From Gallionellaceae bacterium (GTDB taxonomy: Bacteria; Pseudomonadota; Gammaproteobacteria; Burkholderiales; Gallionellaceae): a DNA stretch of 64,000 nt. The stretch covers positions 6,951 through 70,950 of the forward strand of contig JAVBYO010000006.1 of NCBI GenBank assembly GCA_030823955.1, read 5' to 3'. The position numbers and the translations under genes were made by a program. Positions 1 through 9,309 of the stretch are shown one piece after another (position 1 is the first letter of the stretch; each line of letters starts with the position of its first letter). The notes beneath the pieces are model-generated. The model was given only the letters and a program-made list of their open reading frames with translations. It was not told the origin of the DNA and did no database searches.

Positions 1-1988
1 ATTCAGACGGCATTTATCTGGACATCAATCCCCAAGAATTGGCATGGTTGGGATATACACGGGAAGATGTGATTGGAAAGATGCGCTTCAGCGCATTCCT
101 GACGCCCGACAGCCAAGCTCGCTTCCACCGATTTTTTCCCGATAGTCTCAAGGGGAGATATGTCGTGGATCTGGAAGTTGATCTGATCGGCAGGGATGGC
201 TCACTCCGACAAGTCACACTCTATTCAAACATTGTTCTGGATAAGAAAGGCAGCTTTTTAAAGTACCGTTCTGTTCTGTATGACCATACGGAGTCCAAGC
301 AGACCGAAGCAAAGCTACGTATTGCGGCAACGGTATTCGAAGCGCAAGAAGGCATGCTGGTAGCGAATACAGAAGGCCTTATCATCAGCGCCAACCATTC
401 TTTCACAACCATCACCGGATATTCCCCCGAAGAAGTCATCGGCAAGAATCCGCGTTTCCTCAGCTCGGGAAGACATAACAGGGATTTCTATGCAGCGATG
501 TGGGAGCAGATATTACATGTTGGTTTTTGGGAGGGGGAGATTTGGAACAAACGCAAGAACGGCGAAATCTACCCGGAGCATCTTTGTATTACTGCCGTCA
601 AAGACCCGGGAGGTGTCGTTCAAAATTATGTCGGCACTTTGACGGATATCACCTTATCCAGAGAGGCTGCGGATGAAATCCAGAATCTGGCCTTTTATGA
701 TTCGCTCACCCGGCTTCCCAATCGGCGACTACTCATGGATCGTCTGAATATCGCTCTGGCCTCCAGTTCGCGCACCGGCAAACAAGGAGCATTACTATTT
801 CTTGACCTTGATAACTTCAAAACACTTAACGACACACTGGGACATGACAAGGGAGATATTCTCTTACAGCAAACTGCCAGACGAATCGAAACCTGTTTAA
901 GAGCGGGCGATACCGTATCGCGTTTGGGCGGCGATGAATTCGTGGTGATGCTGGAGAATCTGAGTGAGCAGCCGCTCATAGCAGCATCCGAGACGAAAGT
1001 GGTCGGCTCTAAAATCCTTGCCGCACTTGATCAGAATTTCCAGCTTGACACCTACAGCTATCACATCACTTGCAGCATTGGAGCCACTTTATTCAACAAT
1101 CAAAAAACCGGGATAGATGAGTTGTTTAAGCAGGCCGATATCGCAATGTATCAAGCCAAGAAGTCGGGACGAAACACCTTGTGCTTCTTCGATCCGCAGA
1201 TGCAGGCAAGTATCGTTGCCCGTGCAACGCTTGAGCATGAATTGCAACAAGCTGTAGCAACTGAACAATTCAGATTATTTTACCAAGTTCAAGTCGATGC
1301 TGCCGGCAGGTCCATCGGGGCTGAGGCGCTAGTCCGATGGTTGCACCCCGCACGAGGATTGATCCTTCCCACTCAATTCATTCCATTGGCGGAAGAAACG
1401 GGACTGATATTACCCATTGGAAGCTGGGTATTGGATGCGGCTTGCGCACAACTTGAGACATGGGCACAAAATGAAACGACCAGAGGACTCACGTTATCGG
1501 TAAATGTAAGTGCCAAACAGTTTCACCAGATCGACTTTGTCGCCCAGGTGCAGACCGCCATCGACCATCATGGCGTGAATCCGAGTCTACTCAAACTCGA
1601 GCCTACAGAAAGTGTCTTGCTGGAAAACCTAGAAGATACTATTTCCACAATGAAGGCACTGAAAACGATAGGCATTCACTTTGCACTGGATGATTTCGGC
1701 ACAGGATTCTCTTCGCTGCAATATCTCAAGAAACTGCCTTTGAACCAGCTAAAGATCGACCAGTCATTCGTAAGAGACCTTTTGTTTGACGGCAGCGACC
1801 AAGTGATCGTTCGCACTATCATTGCGATGGCGCATAGCCTGAACCTGAAGGTCATTGCCGAGGGCGTGGAGACGGAAGCGCAAAAGCAATTGCTTCAGGA
1901 AAATGGCTGCAATCATTTCCAGGGCTATCTGTTCGGGAAACCTCTCCCGATTGAACAATTTGAAGCATCACTCAGTGGCAATAGCTAA
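1..1988 (+). CDS. PAS-PAS-GGDEF-EAL c-di-GMP turnover protein, 5' end outside the window
   Basis: The frame is open from base 3 upstream of the listed TTG at 39 (..DGIYLDINPQELAWLGYTREDVIGK reads as a PAS core). Motifs read directly: RLGGDEFVV (GGDEF); GAEALVRW, DDFGTGFSSL and EGVETEAQ (EAL). Confidence 0.9.
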   Translation, partial: SDGIYLDINPQELAWLGYTREDVIGKMRFSAFLTPDSQARFHRFFPDSLKGRYVVDLEVDLIGRDGSLRQVTLYSNIVLDKKGSFLKYRSVLYDHTESKQTEAKLRIAATVFEAQEGMLVANTEGLIISANHSFTTITGYSPEEVIGKNPRFLSSGRHNRDFYAAMWEQILHVGFWEGEIWNKRKNGEIYPEHLCITAVKDPGGVVQNYVGTLTDITLSREAADEIQNLAFYDSLTRLPNRRLLMDRLNIALASSSRTGKQGALLFLDLDNFKTLNDTLGHDKGDILLQQTARRIETCLRAGDTVSRLGGDEFVVMLENLSEQPLIAASETKVVGSKILAALDQNFQLDTYSYHITCSIGATLFNNQKTGIDELFKQADIAMYQAKKSGRNTLCFFDPQMQASIVARATLEHELQQAVATEQFRLFYQVQVDAAGRSIGAEALVRWLHPARGLILPTQFIPLAEETGLILPIGSWVLDAACAQLETWAQNETTRGLTLSVNVSAKQFHQIDFVAQVQTAIDHHGVNPSLLKLEPTESVLLENLEDTISTMKALKTIGIHFALDDFGTGFSSLQYLKKLPLNQLKIDQSFVRDLLFDGSDQVIVRTIIAMAHSLNLKVIAEGVETEAQKQLLQENGCNHFQGYLFGKPLPIEQFEASLSGNS

Positions 1989-2169
1989 GCAAGTGCTTGC
2001 CGCAGACAACACTCCCGTCCCACAGACCGCCCGATAATCATTCCAAGACCCATCCGTTCTGAACTGGCGACTTAATCCCCGCATGCACGCCAGGGTTGTT
2101 ATTAACACACCAGCCCAATATCATTCCCAATTGCAGAATGTATATCCCCCAACCAACGGAGCCTGGCAA

Positions 2170-2703
2170 ATGAACGACACAACAAAGAACTGGGAAGCAA
2201 GCAGCATGACCGAACTCATCGGCCATCTGTTGCAGCACCACCATTCCTATACCAGAACGGCGCTGGACGAGCTTGCGCCGCTGATGAAAAAGGTGTTGAG
2301 CGTACACGGTGCGGAACATCCCGAACTGGTCGAGCTGGCCGCGCTGTTGCGCCAGTTGCATGAGGACATGGACCAGCATCTGCCGAAAGAAGAGATGATC
2401 CTGTTCCCCTATATGCTCAGACTCGAAGTCGATGCACCGCTCAGCCCACCACCTTTCGGCACGGTAGAGAATCCGATCCGGATGATGGCGCATGAACATC
2501 ATGCCGACGGCATGATTCTGCACAAGATGCAGGGGGTGACGGATAACTTCACTTTGCCGGAGGATGCGTGTGCCAGTTTCACCGCGCTTTATAGCGGCCT
2601 CGATGCGCTGGTAAAAGATCTGCGCATGCACATCTATCTGGAGAACAATATTCTCTTCGCCAAGGCCATCGAACAAGAGCGGAGCCGTCTGGGTTCGGCC
2701 TGA
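2170..2703 (+). CDS. Hemerythrin-like di-iron protein, RIC/YtfE C-terminal domain type (DnrN-like), lacking the ScdA_N domain
   Basis: ATG at 2170 is preceded by GGAG at 2158-2161. HHHSY, HEDMDQHLPKEEMILFP, MAHEHH and YLENNILF match the YtfE C-terminal half as I recall it. I prefer this shorter start over the ORF-track start at 2083. Confidence 0.75.
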   Translation: MNDTTKNWEASSMTELIGHLLQHHHSYTRTALDELAPLMKKVLSVHGAEHPELVELAALLRQLHEDMDQHLPKEEMILFPYMLRLEVDAPLSPPPFGTVENPIRMMAHEHHADGMILHKMQGVTDNFTLPEDACASFTALYSGLDALVKDLRMHIYLENNILFAKAIEQERSRLGSA

Positions 2704-2733
2704 ATCGACCACTTCAAAAAAGGACAGACTCTG

Positions 2734-3450
2734 ATGGACATGCCGCTGTTGCGCTCGTTTATGCCGCACCCTTCCCCGGTCGGGTTGGCCGAGAAATTCC
2801 GCAGCGGTATCGCCGGTGGCGGCGCCATCCTGCTGCTCGCGCTGGCGCTCCACCATCTGCCGTTGGGCGACTATCCGCTGGTCATGCTCGGCTCGATGGC
2901 GGCCTCCGCCGTGCTGCTGTTCGCAGTACCACACAGTCCGCTGGCCCAACCGTGGAATCTGGTCGGCGGCCATCTGATCTCCGCCCTCGCGGGCTGGGTC
3001 TGCATCCTGTTCATCCACGACCCGTTCATCGCCGCCGGTGTCGCGGTGGGGGCCGCGATCTTCCTGATGCATTATTTCAATTGCCTGCACCCGCCCGGCG
3101 CGGCAACTGCGCTGACGCTGGTGTTGAGCAGCGCACAGTTCCAGCATTCGGGCTGGCACTGGACATTGCTCGTGGTGACGATCAACACGATCATCTCGCT
3201 CCTGCTGGCCCTGCTCATCAACAACATGCTGCCGGGACGACGCTATCCCTTGCAACAGGTCGTGCAGACACCGCCCAGACCCGGCCCATTCATCACACTG
3301 GAACAACGCGATCTGGAATCGGCACTGGCGCAGATGAAAGATGTGATCGACGTGAGCGAGGAAGACCTGGCCAAGATATACGGGCTGGCCCTGCGTCACG
3401 CGCAGGAGCGTATCGAAGCCGAAAACACGGCATCAGGAAGCGTGCGTTGA
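2734..3450 (+). CDS. HPP family membrane protein
   Basis: Signature NCLHPPGAATAL within several hydrophobic helices. ATG at 2734 follows aaaggacag. Confidence 0.8.
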   Translation: MDMPLLRSFMPHPSPVGLAEKFRSGIAGGGAILLLALALHHLPLGDYPLVMLGSMAASAVLLFAVPHSPLAQPWNLVGGHLISALAGWVCILFIHDPFIAAGVAVGAAIFLMHYFNCLHPPGAATALTLVLSSAQFQHSGWHWTLLVVTINTIISLLLALLINNMLPGRRYPLQQVVQTPPRPGPFITLEQRDLESALAQMKDVIDVSEEDLAKIYGLALRHAQERIEAENTASGSVR

Positions 3451-3836
3451 GTTACCTCGCCATCAAGCTGCTGCATGTAAGTTGTGTATTGCTCAGTTAC
3501 AGCCTGTTCCTGCTGCGCGGGATATGGGTGTTGCGCGCTTCGCCTGTCATGCAGCAGCGCTGGGTAAAGATCGTGCCACATCTCATCGATAGTGTATTGC
3601 TCGGCAGCGCGATCACTCTGGCGCTTATGCTCGAACTCTCTCCTTTTGCCGCCCCTTGGCTGGCGGCCAAGATCCTCGCCCTGCTGCTGTATATCGTGCT
3701 GGGTTCTCTCGCGCTCAAACGCGCCAGGACACAACGGGGGAAACTGGTCGCATGGTTGGCCGCACAGGCCGTGTTCTGTTACATCGTGTTGACCGCGCTG
3801 ACACACGATGCCCTGCCTTGGCGGACACTCGGATGA
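3447..3836 (+). CDS. SirB2/YchQ-like small membrane protein
   Basis: In-frame TTG at 3447 overlaps the HPP stop codon (3448-3450). The 129-aa product shows the pattern IKLLH..LF.LRG.W....WVKIVPHLIDS.LL.S...L...WLAAKI.ALLLYIVLG typical of SirB2. The upstream part of the 2952 ORF is an overlap-frame artefact. Confidence 0.6.
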   Translation: MSYLAIKLLHVSCVLLSYSLFLLRGIWVLRASPVMQQRWVKIVPHLIDSVLLGSAITLALMLELSPFAAPWLAAKILALLLYIVLGSLALKRARTQRGKLVAWLAAQAVFCYIVLTALTHDALPWRTLG

Positions 3837-4363
3837 GTACCCTGATCGGCGCCACCCCCGCCCCCGGCTTCGACGATCCGCTGGAGATGCTGCTGGCCTG
3901 CCATGACCGCATCCGGGCGCAATGCGCGACGCTGGATAAACTCGTGGCGCATCTGCCCGTTCACGGCTGCGACCTACAGGCCAGACAGGCGGCACAAGCC
4001 ATCCTGCGTTATTTCGACAGCGCCGGACGGCACCACCATGACGACGAGGAACAAGACCTGTTCCCGCGTCTGCGCGCATCGAACGATACGGCGGCACAGG
4101 CACTGGTGACCCTTCTGCTGGACGAACATCAGGTGATGGATGCCGCATGGCAACAACTGCGCCCGTATCTGGCCGCGTTGTGTGAAGCTAGTGCCGCCAC
4201 GCTCGATGCAGCCACTGCGCAACATTTCATCGACGTGTATGATCGGCACATCACGCTGGAAAATGCGCAGTTGATCCCGCTGGCCCAACGTCTGTTGTCG
4301 GCGGAACAACTGGAGACTCTGGGCAACAACATGGCGGCGCGGCGTATACATCGGGAGAAGTGA
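3833..4363 (+). CDS. Hemerythrin domain-containing protein
   Basis: ATG at 3833 overlaps the previous stop codon (ATGA). His/Asp/Glu motifs: ACHDRIRAQ, GRHHHDDEEQDLFP, LLDEHQVM. Confidence 0.7.
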   Translation: MSTLIGATPAPGFDDPLEMLLACHDRIRAQCATLDKLVAHLPVHGCDLQARQAAQAILRYFDSAGRHHHDDEEQDLFPRLRASNDTAAQALVTLLLDEHQVMDAAWQQLRPYLAALCEASAATLDAATAQHFIDVYDRHITLENAQLIPLAQRLLSAEQLETLGNNMAARRIHREK

Positions 4364-5941
4364 ATGACTCAGGCCGGTTTATCGGAGCAGCAGCGACTCA
4401 TCGTAGCGCTACGCGACCCGGCTGTTTATCCCCATGCGACCAAGAGCGTGCGCATCATCGAGACCCATATCTCATGGATAGTGCTGGCCGGACGGTATGC
4501 CTACAAGATCAAGAAAGCGCTCGATCTGGGCTTTCTCGATACCCGCACGCTGGCCTCCCGTCATCACGATTGCAACGAAGAACTGCGTCTCAATCGCCGC
4601 TTGGCCCCAAAACTCTACCTTGATGTCGTATCTGTCGGCGGCAGTGCCACTCACCCCCGACTCGGCATGGAACCGGCTATCGAATATGCAGTGCGGATGC
4701 GCCGCTTCGCTTCCGGCAAGACGCTGGATCGACTTGTCTCGCGCGGCAAGATAAATGCCGAGCATATGGATGCCCTCGCTAACACACTCGCGCGTTTCCA
4801 CAGCGAACTGGCTCCGCTGAACAGCGCTCACAACAACGACTATGCGGCCAACGTGCAACAGGCATTGGCACAGAACTATGCCCAGTTGAGCGGACTGTTG
4901 CATGATACAAATTCCGTCATCAGCCTGAACGGCTTGCAACAAACCAGCGCACAGCTATTGCGCGCTCTGTATCCGCGCATCACCCTGCGCCAGCAGCAGG
5001 GCCGCGTGCGCGAGTGCCACGGTGACCTGCATCTCGGCAACATCGCACTCATCGGCACGACCCCCATCCCTTTCGACGCGATCGACTTCAACCCCGCGCT
5101 GCGCCGGATCGACGTGATGGATGAAGTGGCGTTCCTGTTCATGGATCTGCTGCACCACGACCGGGCGCAGCTGGCCTATCGTTTCCTCAATGCCTATCTG
5201 GAGATCAGCGGTGATTATGCCGGGGTGGAGGTGTTGCGTTTTTATACGGCCTACCGCGCCACGGTGCGCGCCAAGGTCAATGCCATCCGGGCGCAGCAGG
5301 CGACCCTCACACCAGCACAACAACGGCGCGCCATGACGGCTTGCCACGCCTATCTGGCGACGGCGCGTACCAGTCTCGCTGCACAGTCTCCCGCCCTGCT
5401 CATCACCCACGGCCTGCCCGGCTCCGGCAAGAGCAGCTTCGCACAACTTGTCGTGCAACGTATCGGCGCAATCCGCCTGCGTTCGGATGTAGAGCGCAAG
5501 CGCCTGTTCGGTTTGACTGCGTTGGCCGATAGCCGCACGGGCAAACATGACCTCTACAGCGCCGCTGCCACTCACGCCACCTACACCCGCCTGCTGGACG
5601 ATGCACGTAGCGTGTTGTCCGCCGGTTTTACAGTGATCGTGGATGCGGCTTTTCTCAGACACGACGAGCGCGTGAATTTCCAGCGCTTGGCACAGGAGAT
5701 GCACATCCCGTTCATCATCGTTTCGCTGTGCGCCGATGATTCGACCTTGCGCGACCGTATCATGCAGCGCCAGAAACAGGGCAACGATGCCTCGGAAGCC
5801 GACCTCGCTGTGCTGGAGAAATTACGCGGCGTGCAGGAAGAATTGTCGGCTCAGGAGCAGAGCTACGCGCTCACATTGAACGGGGCTCAAGACGAAACGG
5901 TATGGCACGCGCTACAGGCGCGCTTATCACGCCACCCCTAG
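4364..5941 (+). CDS. Bifunctional aminoglycoside-phosphotransferase-like / P-loop kinase (AAA_33-like) protein
   Basis: The N-terminal half has the APH-type catalytic loop CHGDLHLGNI and FDAIDF. The C-terminal half has the Walker A motif GLPGSGKSS. The ATG directly abuts the upstream stop codon (TGAATG). Confidence 0.75.
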   Translation: MTQAGLSEQQRLIVALRDPAVYPHATKSVRIIETHISWIVLAGRYAYKIKKALDLGFLDTRTLASRHHDCNEELRLNRRLAPKLYLDVVSVGGSATHPRLGMEPAIEYAVRMRRFASGKTLDRLVSRGKINAEHMDALANTLARFHSELAPLNSAHNNDYAANVQQALAQNYAQLSGLLHDTNSVISLNGLQQTSAQLLRALYPRITLRQQQGRVRECHGDLHLGNIALIGTTPIPFDAIDFNPALRRIDVMDEVAFLFMDLLHHDRAQLAYRFLNAYLEISGDYAGVEVLRFYTAYRATVRAKVNAIRAQQATLTPAQQRRAMTACHAYLATARTSLAAQSPALLITHGLPGSGKSSFAQLVVQRIGAIRLRSDVERKRLFGLTALADSRTGKHDLYSAAATHATYTRLLDDARSVLSAGFTVIVDAAFLRHDERVNFQRLAQEMHIPFIIVSLCADDSTLRDRIMQRQKQGNDASEADLAVLEKLRGVQEELSAQEQSYALTLNGAQDETVWHALQARLSRHP

Positions 5942-6012
5942 GCTTGCACCATTCGACCGACGCTGGCGATTCAACGATAATACGCGGCGTCGCAGACCAT
6001 TCCCCCACGCCG

Positions 6013-7260
6013 ATGTCCGCAGAGCGCACTACCCGAAAACAAATCGCCATCATCGGTGCAGGCCCTGCCGGGCTGATGGCCGCTGAAGTGTTGGCACAGA
6101 CCGGTGCACAGATCGCGGTATACGACGCGATGCCGAGTGTGGGGCGCAAGTTCCTGATGGCGGGCAAAGGCGGCATGAACATCACCCATGCCGAACCATT
6201 CGCCGATTTCGTGACACGTTATGGCACCCAAGCAGAACAGATCGAGCCGCTGCTGCGCGCCTTTCCCCCCGAGGCGTTGCGCGCATGGATGCACGACCTC
6301 GGCATCACCAGCTTCGTCGGCAGTTCGGGACGGGTGTTTCCCGCCGATATGAAAGCGGCCCCGCTGCTGCGCGCCTGGCTGCATCGTTTGCGGGAGCGGG
6401 GTGTGTTTTTCCATGTGCGCCATCGCTGGCAGGGATGGGATGAACAAGGGGCGTTACGTTTCTCCAGCGCGGCAGGTGAACACCATGTCCGCGCCGATGC
6501 CGTGGTGCTGGCACTGGGCGGCGGCAGTTGGCCGCAGCTTGGTTCGGATGCGGCCTGGGTGCCGTTGCTGGCACAACGCGGCATCACCATCGCCCCGCTG
6601 CGCGCAAGCAACTGCGGCTTCGACGTTGCCTGGAGCACACACTTGCGCGAGCGTTTTGCCGGACAAGCACTCAAATCGGTGGCCGCGACGTTCGGTGCGA
6701 TTCAGCGGCGCGGGGAATGCATGGTCTCGACTCACGGCATCGAAGGTGGCCTGATCTATGCCTACTCCGCCGCGCTGCGCGACGAAATCGAACACAGCGG
6801 CAGTGCGACCCTATATCTCGATCTGCTGCCGGATGTTTCGCCGCAGCGCGTACAAAGCGAGGTCTCACACCCGCGCGGCTCGCGCTCACTCGGCAGCCAT
6901 CTGCACAGCAGACTGGGTTTGACTGGCGTGAAAGCCGGTCTGGTGCGCGAGGTGTTAAGCGCGCAACAGATGCAGGATGCGGCACTACTCGCACACACCA
7001 TCAAGGCGCTGCCGCTCAAACTGCTCGCCCCGCGCCCATTGAGCGAGGCCATCAGCAGTGCGGGCGGGGTGAGCTTCGCGGAACTGGATGCGCAGCTCAT
7101 GCTGAACAAACTGCCCGGCGTGTTCTGCGCGGGTGAGATGCTGGACTGGGAAGCCCCCACCGGCGGTTATCTGCTCAGTGCCTGTTTCGCCAGCGGCCAT
7201 GCCGCCGGGGCCGGGGTGGCGACATGGTTGCAACAACCCCGTCAGCAACAGGGTTTGTAA
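6013..7260 (+). CDS. HI0933/BaiN-like (TIGR03862-type) FAD flavoprotein
   Basis: Dinucleotide-binding motif IAIIGAGPAGLMAAE immediately follows the ATG at 6013. The C-terminal GGYLL..CFASG is typical of the family. The listed start at 5902 overlaps the previous gene. Confidence 0.8.
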   Translation: MSAERTTRKQIAIIGAGPAGLMAAEVLAQTGAQIAVYDAMPSVGRKFLMAGKGGMNITHAEPFADFVTRYGTQAEQIEPLLRAFPPEALRAWMHDLGITSFVGSSGRVFPADMKAAPLLRAWLHRLRERGVFFHVRHRWQGWDEQGALRFSSAAGEHHVRADAVVLALGGGSWPQLGSDAAWVPLLAQRGITIAPLRASNCGFDVAWSTHLRERFAGQALKSVAATFGAIQRRGECMVSTHGIEGGLIYAYSAALRDEIEHSGSATLYLDLLPDVSPQRVQSEVSHPRGSRSLGSHLHSRLGLTGVKAGLVREVLSAQQMQDAALLAHTIKALPLKLLAPRPLSEAISSAGGVSFAELDAQLMLNKLPGVFCAGEMLDWEAPTGGYLLSACFASGHAAGAGVATWLQQPRQQQGL

Positions 7261-7336
7261 CATTACGGTGACCTGCAAACAGGTGCGCTTGCGCTACAAT
7301 GCGCGCCGTCTTTACCCACTTGAAAAGGATGGAACC

Positions 7337-7858
7337 ATGAAGCAATACAGCAAACGCACCGCCGTCACCCACTGGCTGATCTTCCTCTTGTTCATCGCCG
7401 CATTCTTTCTCGGCCACGAATTGGACGAAAGCAAAGACGCCGCCCAGAAACTGTCGATGTACCCCATCCATTTCCTGATCGGTGATGCCGTACTGCTGCT
7501 GACACTGCTGCGTATCTACTTCAGAAAGAAAGACGGTGAACCGGCTGCCGCGAACGCCAATCCGCTGCTCAACAAACTTGCAGCCGCGACCCATATGCTG
7601 ATGAACATCGCGGTCATCGCCGTGGTGATCTCCGGTGTCGCCACCGTGGCCACCTCGGGCGTGATCGAAGCACTGAAGCTGGCCGACCCGGCACTGATCC
7701 CGGATTTCCACAAGGTCGAAGCCAAAGAGTTCCATGAACTGTTCATCGGTGTGACGCTGCTGCTGGTGATGTTCCATGTGGCCGCCGCGCTGTACCACCA
7801 GTTCATCGTGAAGGACAACCTGCTGCGCCGTATCATGATCAAACGCTTCGAAGACTGA
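7337..7858 (+). CDS. Cytochrome b561 (CybB) family protein
   Basis: THWLIFLLFIAAF, four helices, and C-terminal HVAAALYHQFIVKDNLLRRI resemble E. coli CybB as recalled. ATG at 7337. Confidence 0.8.
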   Translation: MKQYSKRTAVTHWLIFLLFIAAFFLGHELDESKDAAQKLSMYPIHFLIGDAVLLLTLLRIYFRKKDGEPAAANANPLLNKLAAATHMLMNIAVIAVVISGVATVATSGVIEALKLADPALIPDFHKVEAKEFHELFIGVTLLLVMFHVAAALYHQFIVKDNLLRRIMIKRFED

Positions 7859-7874
7859 ACGTCTCGACATCGAT

Positions 7875-7908
7875 AAAAAAGAGGGCTTCGTATCGAAGCC
7901 CTCTTTTC
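7875..7908. terminator. Bidirectional rho-independent terminator between cytochrome b561 and dsbB
   Basis: gagggcttc (7881-7889) pairs with gaagccctc (7895-7903). An A-run precedes the stem and a T-run follows it. Confidence 0.75.
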
Positions 7909-7965
7909 ATTTGGGGAACCGCGCTACCGTAAGCGTCAGGTTTTACCAGCAGGTCGCAACAGATT

Positions 7966-8487
7966 TCAGGATAGACGCTCTTTGCGCAGCGCGATCCCCA
8001 GCGCGGCCACCCCGAGCAACACATACCAGAGCAACGACCACTGCGGGATACCCAGGGTGAGGAAGGTCCAGCCCTTGGCGGCACATTCGCCGGAGCCGTG
8101 CATCAATTCCTGCCAGACTTCGGCCATGGGGAAATTCTCCAGCATGTAATCCAGGCCGGGGCCGCAGGCGGGAACCTGGTCTTTGGGCAGATTCTGTATC
8201 CAGATATGGCGGCTCGCCACCGCCACCCCGCCCAGTGCGGCAAGTGCGATCAGGGACGAATAGATCCAGCGCCCAACACGTCCGGCATGATGTACTGCCG
8301 CGAGCAGAAACAACAGGCCGATACCGATGAAGATGAAACGCTGCACCATACACAGCGGGCAAGGCTCTTCGTGCAGGATATATTGCAGAGCCAGCGCCGC
8401 GCAGAACAATCCGGCGACAACTCCCGCCCCAGCCAGGTACAGCCAGCGCGCCGAGGTGTCTTGCCACAATCGCAGTATCTTGTTCAT
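7966..8487 (-). CDS. dsbB: Disulfide bond formation protein B
   Basis: EEPCPLCMVQR (CxxC in the first periplasmic loop) and four TM helices. ATG at 8487 is preceded by GGAGGAG. Confidence 0.85.
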   Translation of the reverse strand: MNKILRLWQDTSARWLYLAGAGVVAGLFCAALALQYILHEEPCPLCMVQRFIFIGIGLLFLLAAVHHAGRVGRWIYSSLIALAALGGVAVASRHIWIQNLPKDQVPACGPGLDYMLENFPMAEVWQELMHGSGECAAKGWTFLTLGIPQWSLLWYVLLGVAALGIALRKERLS

Positions 8488-8504
8488 CTCACTCCTCCAC
8501 CCGA

Positions 8505-8699
8505 TCAATCCGCTTCATCTATCCATGCGGACTGGATCGCTTCCAGTACCTTTTCGCCACCACGGTGATGATCGTCATCGAAACCGTCCAGATCAACCAC
8601 CAAGTTGTGCAGGTCGACAAAACGAATGGTCTTGGGGTCGATGTCGGTATGTTTCTCCGACAGCAGGATCGCGATCTCGCGCACATCGGTCCATTTCAT
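8505..8699 (-). CDS. iscX: Fe-S assembly protein IscX
   Basis: 64-aa acidic protein (MKWTDVREIAILL...DLHNLVV.LDGFDDD) in the last position of the isc operon. Confidence 0.85.
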   Translation of the reverse strand: MKWTDVREIAILLSEKHTDIDPKTIRFVDLHNLVVDLDGFDDDHHRGGEKVLEAIQSAWIDEAD

Positions 8700-8892
8700 A
8701 TGAGTGCTCCAGAAAATTGTTGCGAGCGATCCGAGAGCAAGGCGTACGGAACGCAGGAACCGGAATGTACAGTTAGTACATGAGGATTCCGAGTACCGCG
8801 CAACGCGGCTATCGGTTCGCGCAGTAAATTTAATGGGACACTCATTTTGAATGTCCTTCCAAAGTCATAATCCGCGTAGCGACCAACTGTAC

Positions 8893-8929
8893 CCCTCGCC
8901 CTAAGGGAGAGGGGGAACGGGGGTGAGGG
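8893..8929. repeat. Single arm of the GC-rich REP-like repeat family that also occurs inside mutS
   Basis: ccctcgccctaagggagaggg ggaacgggggtgaggg versus the mutS copy ccctcgccctctgggagaggg attgagggtgaggg. Confidence 0.7.
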
Positions 8930-8933
8930 AATA

Positions 8934-8981
8934 GAACATGGCGCAGACAATTCATTTTTTGTGTTGGCCTGCGCCATGTTC
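8934..8981. repeat. Perfect 13-bp inverted repeat enclosing the fdx stop codon
   Basis: gaacatggcgcag (8934-8946) and ctgcgccatgttc (8969-8981) flank a 22-nt loop that contains the fdx TGA (8952-8954). Confidence 0.8.
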
Positions 8982-9308
8982 TTTAGCCATATTGATGGTG
9001 TACTTGGGGATCTCGATGACAAGATCGGTATCACCCACCACGGCCTGACAGCTCAGGCGCGAGTTGCCTTCCAAGCCCCATGCTTTGTCCAGCATATCCT
9101 CTTCCAGTTCCGTCGCTTCTGCCAAGCTGCCGAATCCCTCGCGCACGATGACATGACAGGTGGTACAGGCACAGGATTTCTCGCAGGCATGCTCGATCTC
9201 GATCTCGTGCGCCAGCAGGGCATCGCAGATGGAGGTGCCGGGAGTCGCCTCGAACAGCGCCCCTCTGGGGCAAAGTTCCTCGTGCGGCAAAACGATGATC
9301 TGTGCCAT
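8952..9308 (-). CDS. fdx: ISC-type [2Fe-2S] ferredoxin
   Basis: MAQIIVLPHEELCP..., Cys ligands CEKSCACTTCH and SCQ. ATG at 9308 lies one base after the hscA stop codon. Confidence 0.9.
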   Translation of the reverse strand: MAQIIVLPHEELCPRGALFEATPGTSICDALLAHEIEIEHACEKSCACTTCHVIVREGFGSLAEATELEEDMLDKAWGLEGNSRLSCQAVVGDTDLVIEIPKYTINMAKEHGAGQHKK

Positions 9309-9309
9309 A

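Noticed and set aside
1989-2169. NsrR or FNR/DNR operator upstream of the RIC-like gene
   Set aside because: I found only weak half-site resemblance (ATATCATT ... AATGTATAT) and no convincing 11-1-11 or TTGAT-N4-ATCAA palindrome by eye. It needs a PWM scan.
2038-3399. 453-aa minus-strand ORF
   Set aside because: It is antisense to the well-supported RIC and HPP genes. Its Q/H/R/G-rich composition is typical of the reverse frame of GC-rich coding DNA, and it has no recognisable motifs.
3396-4148. 250-aa minus-strand ORF
   Set aside because: It is antisense to the SirB2-like and hemerythrin genes and is Arg/Pro/Gly-rich noise.
8696-9034. 112-aa minus-strand ORF across the fdx-iscX spacer
   Set aside because: It overlaps fdx out of frame. 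Its middle (..SPPFPLSLRARG..) is simply the translated REP-like repeat.
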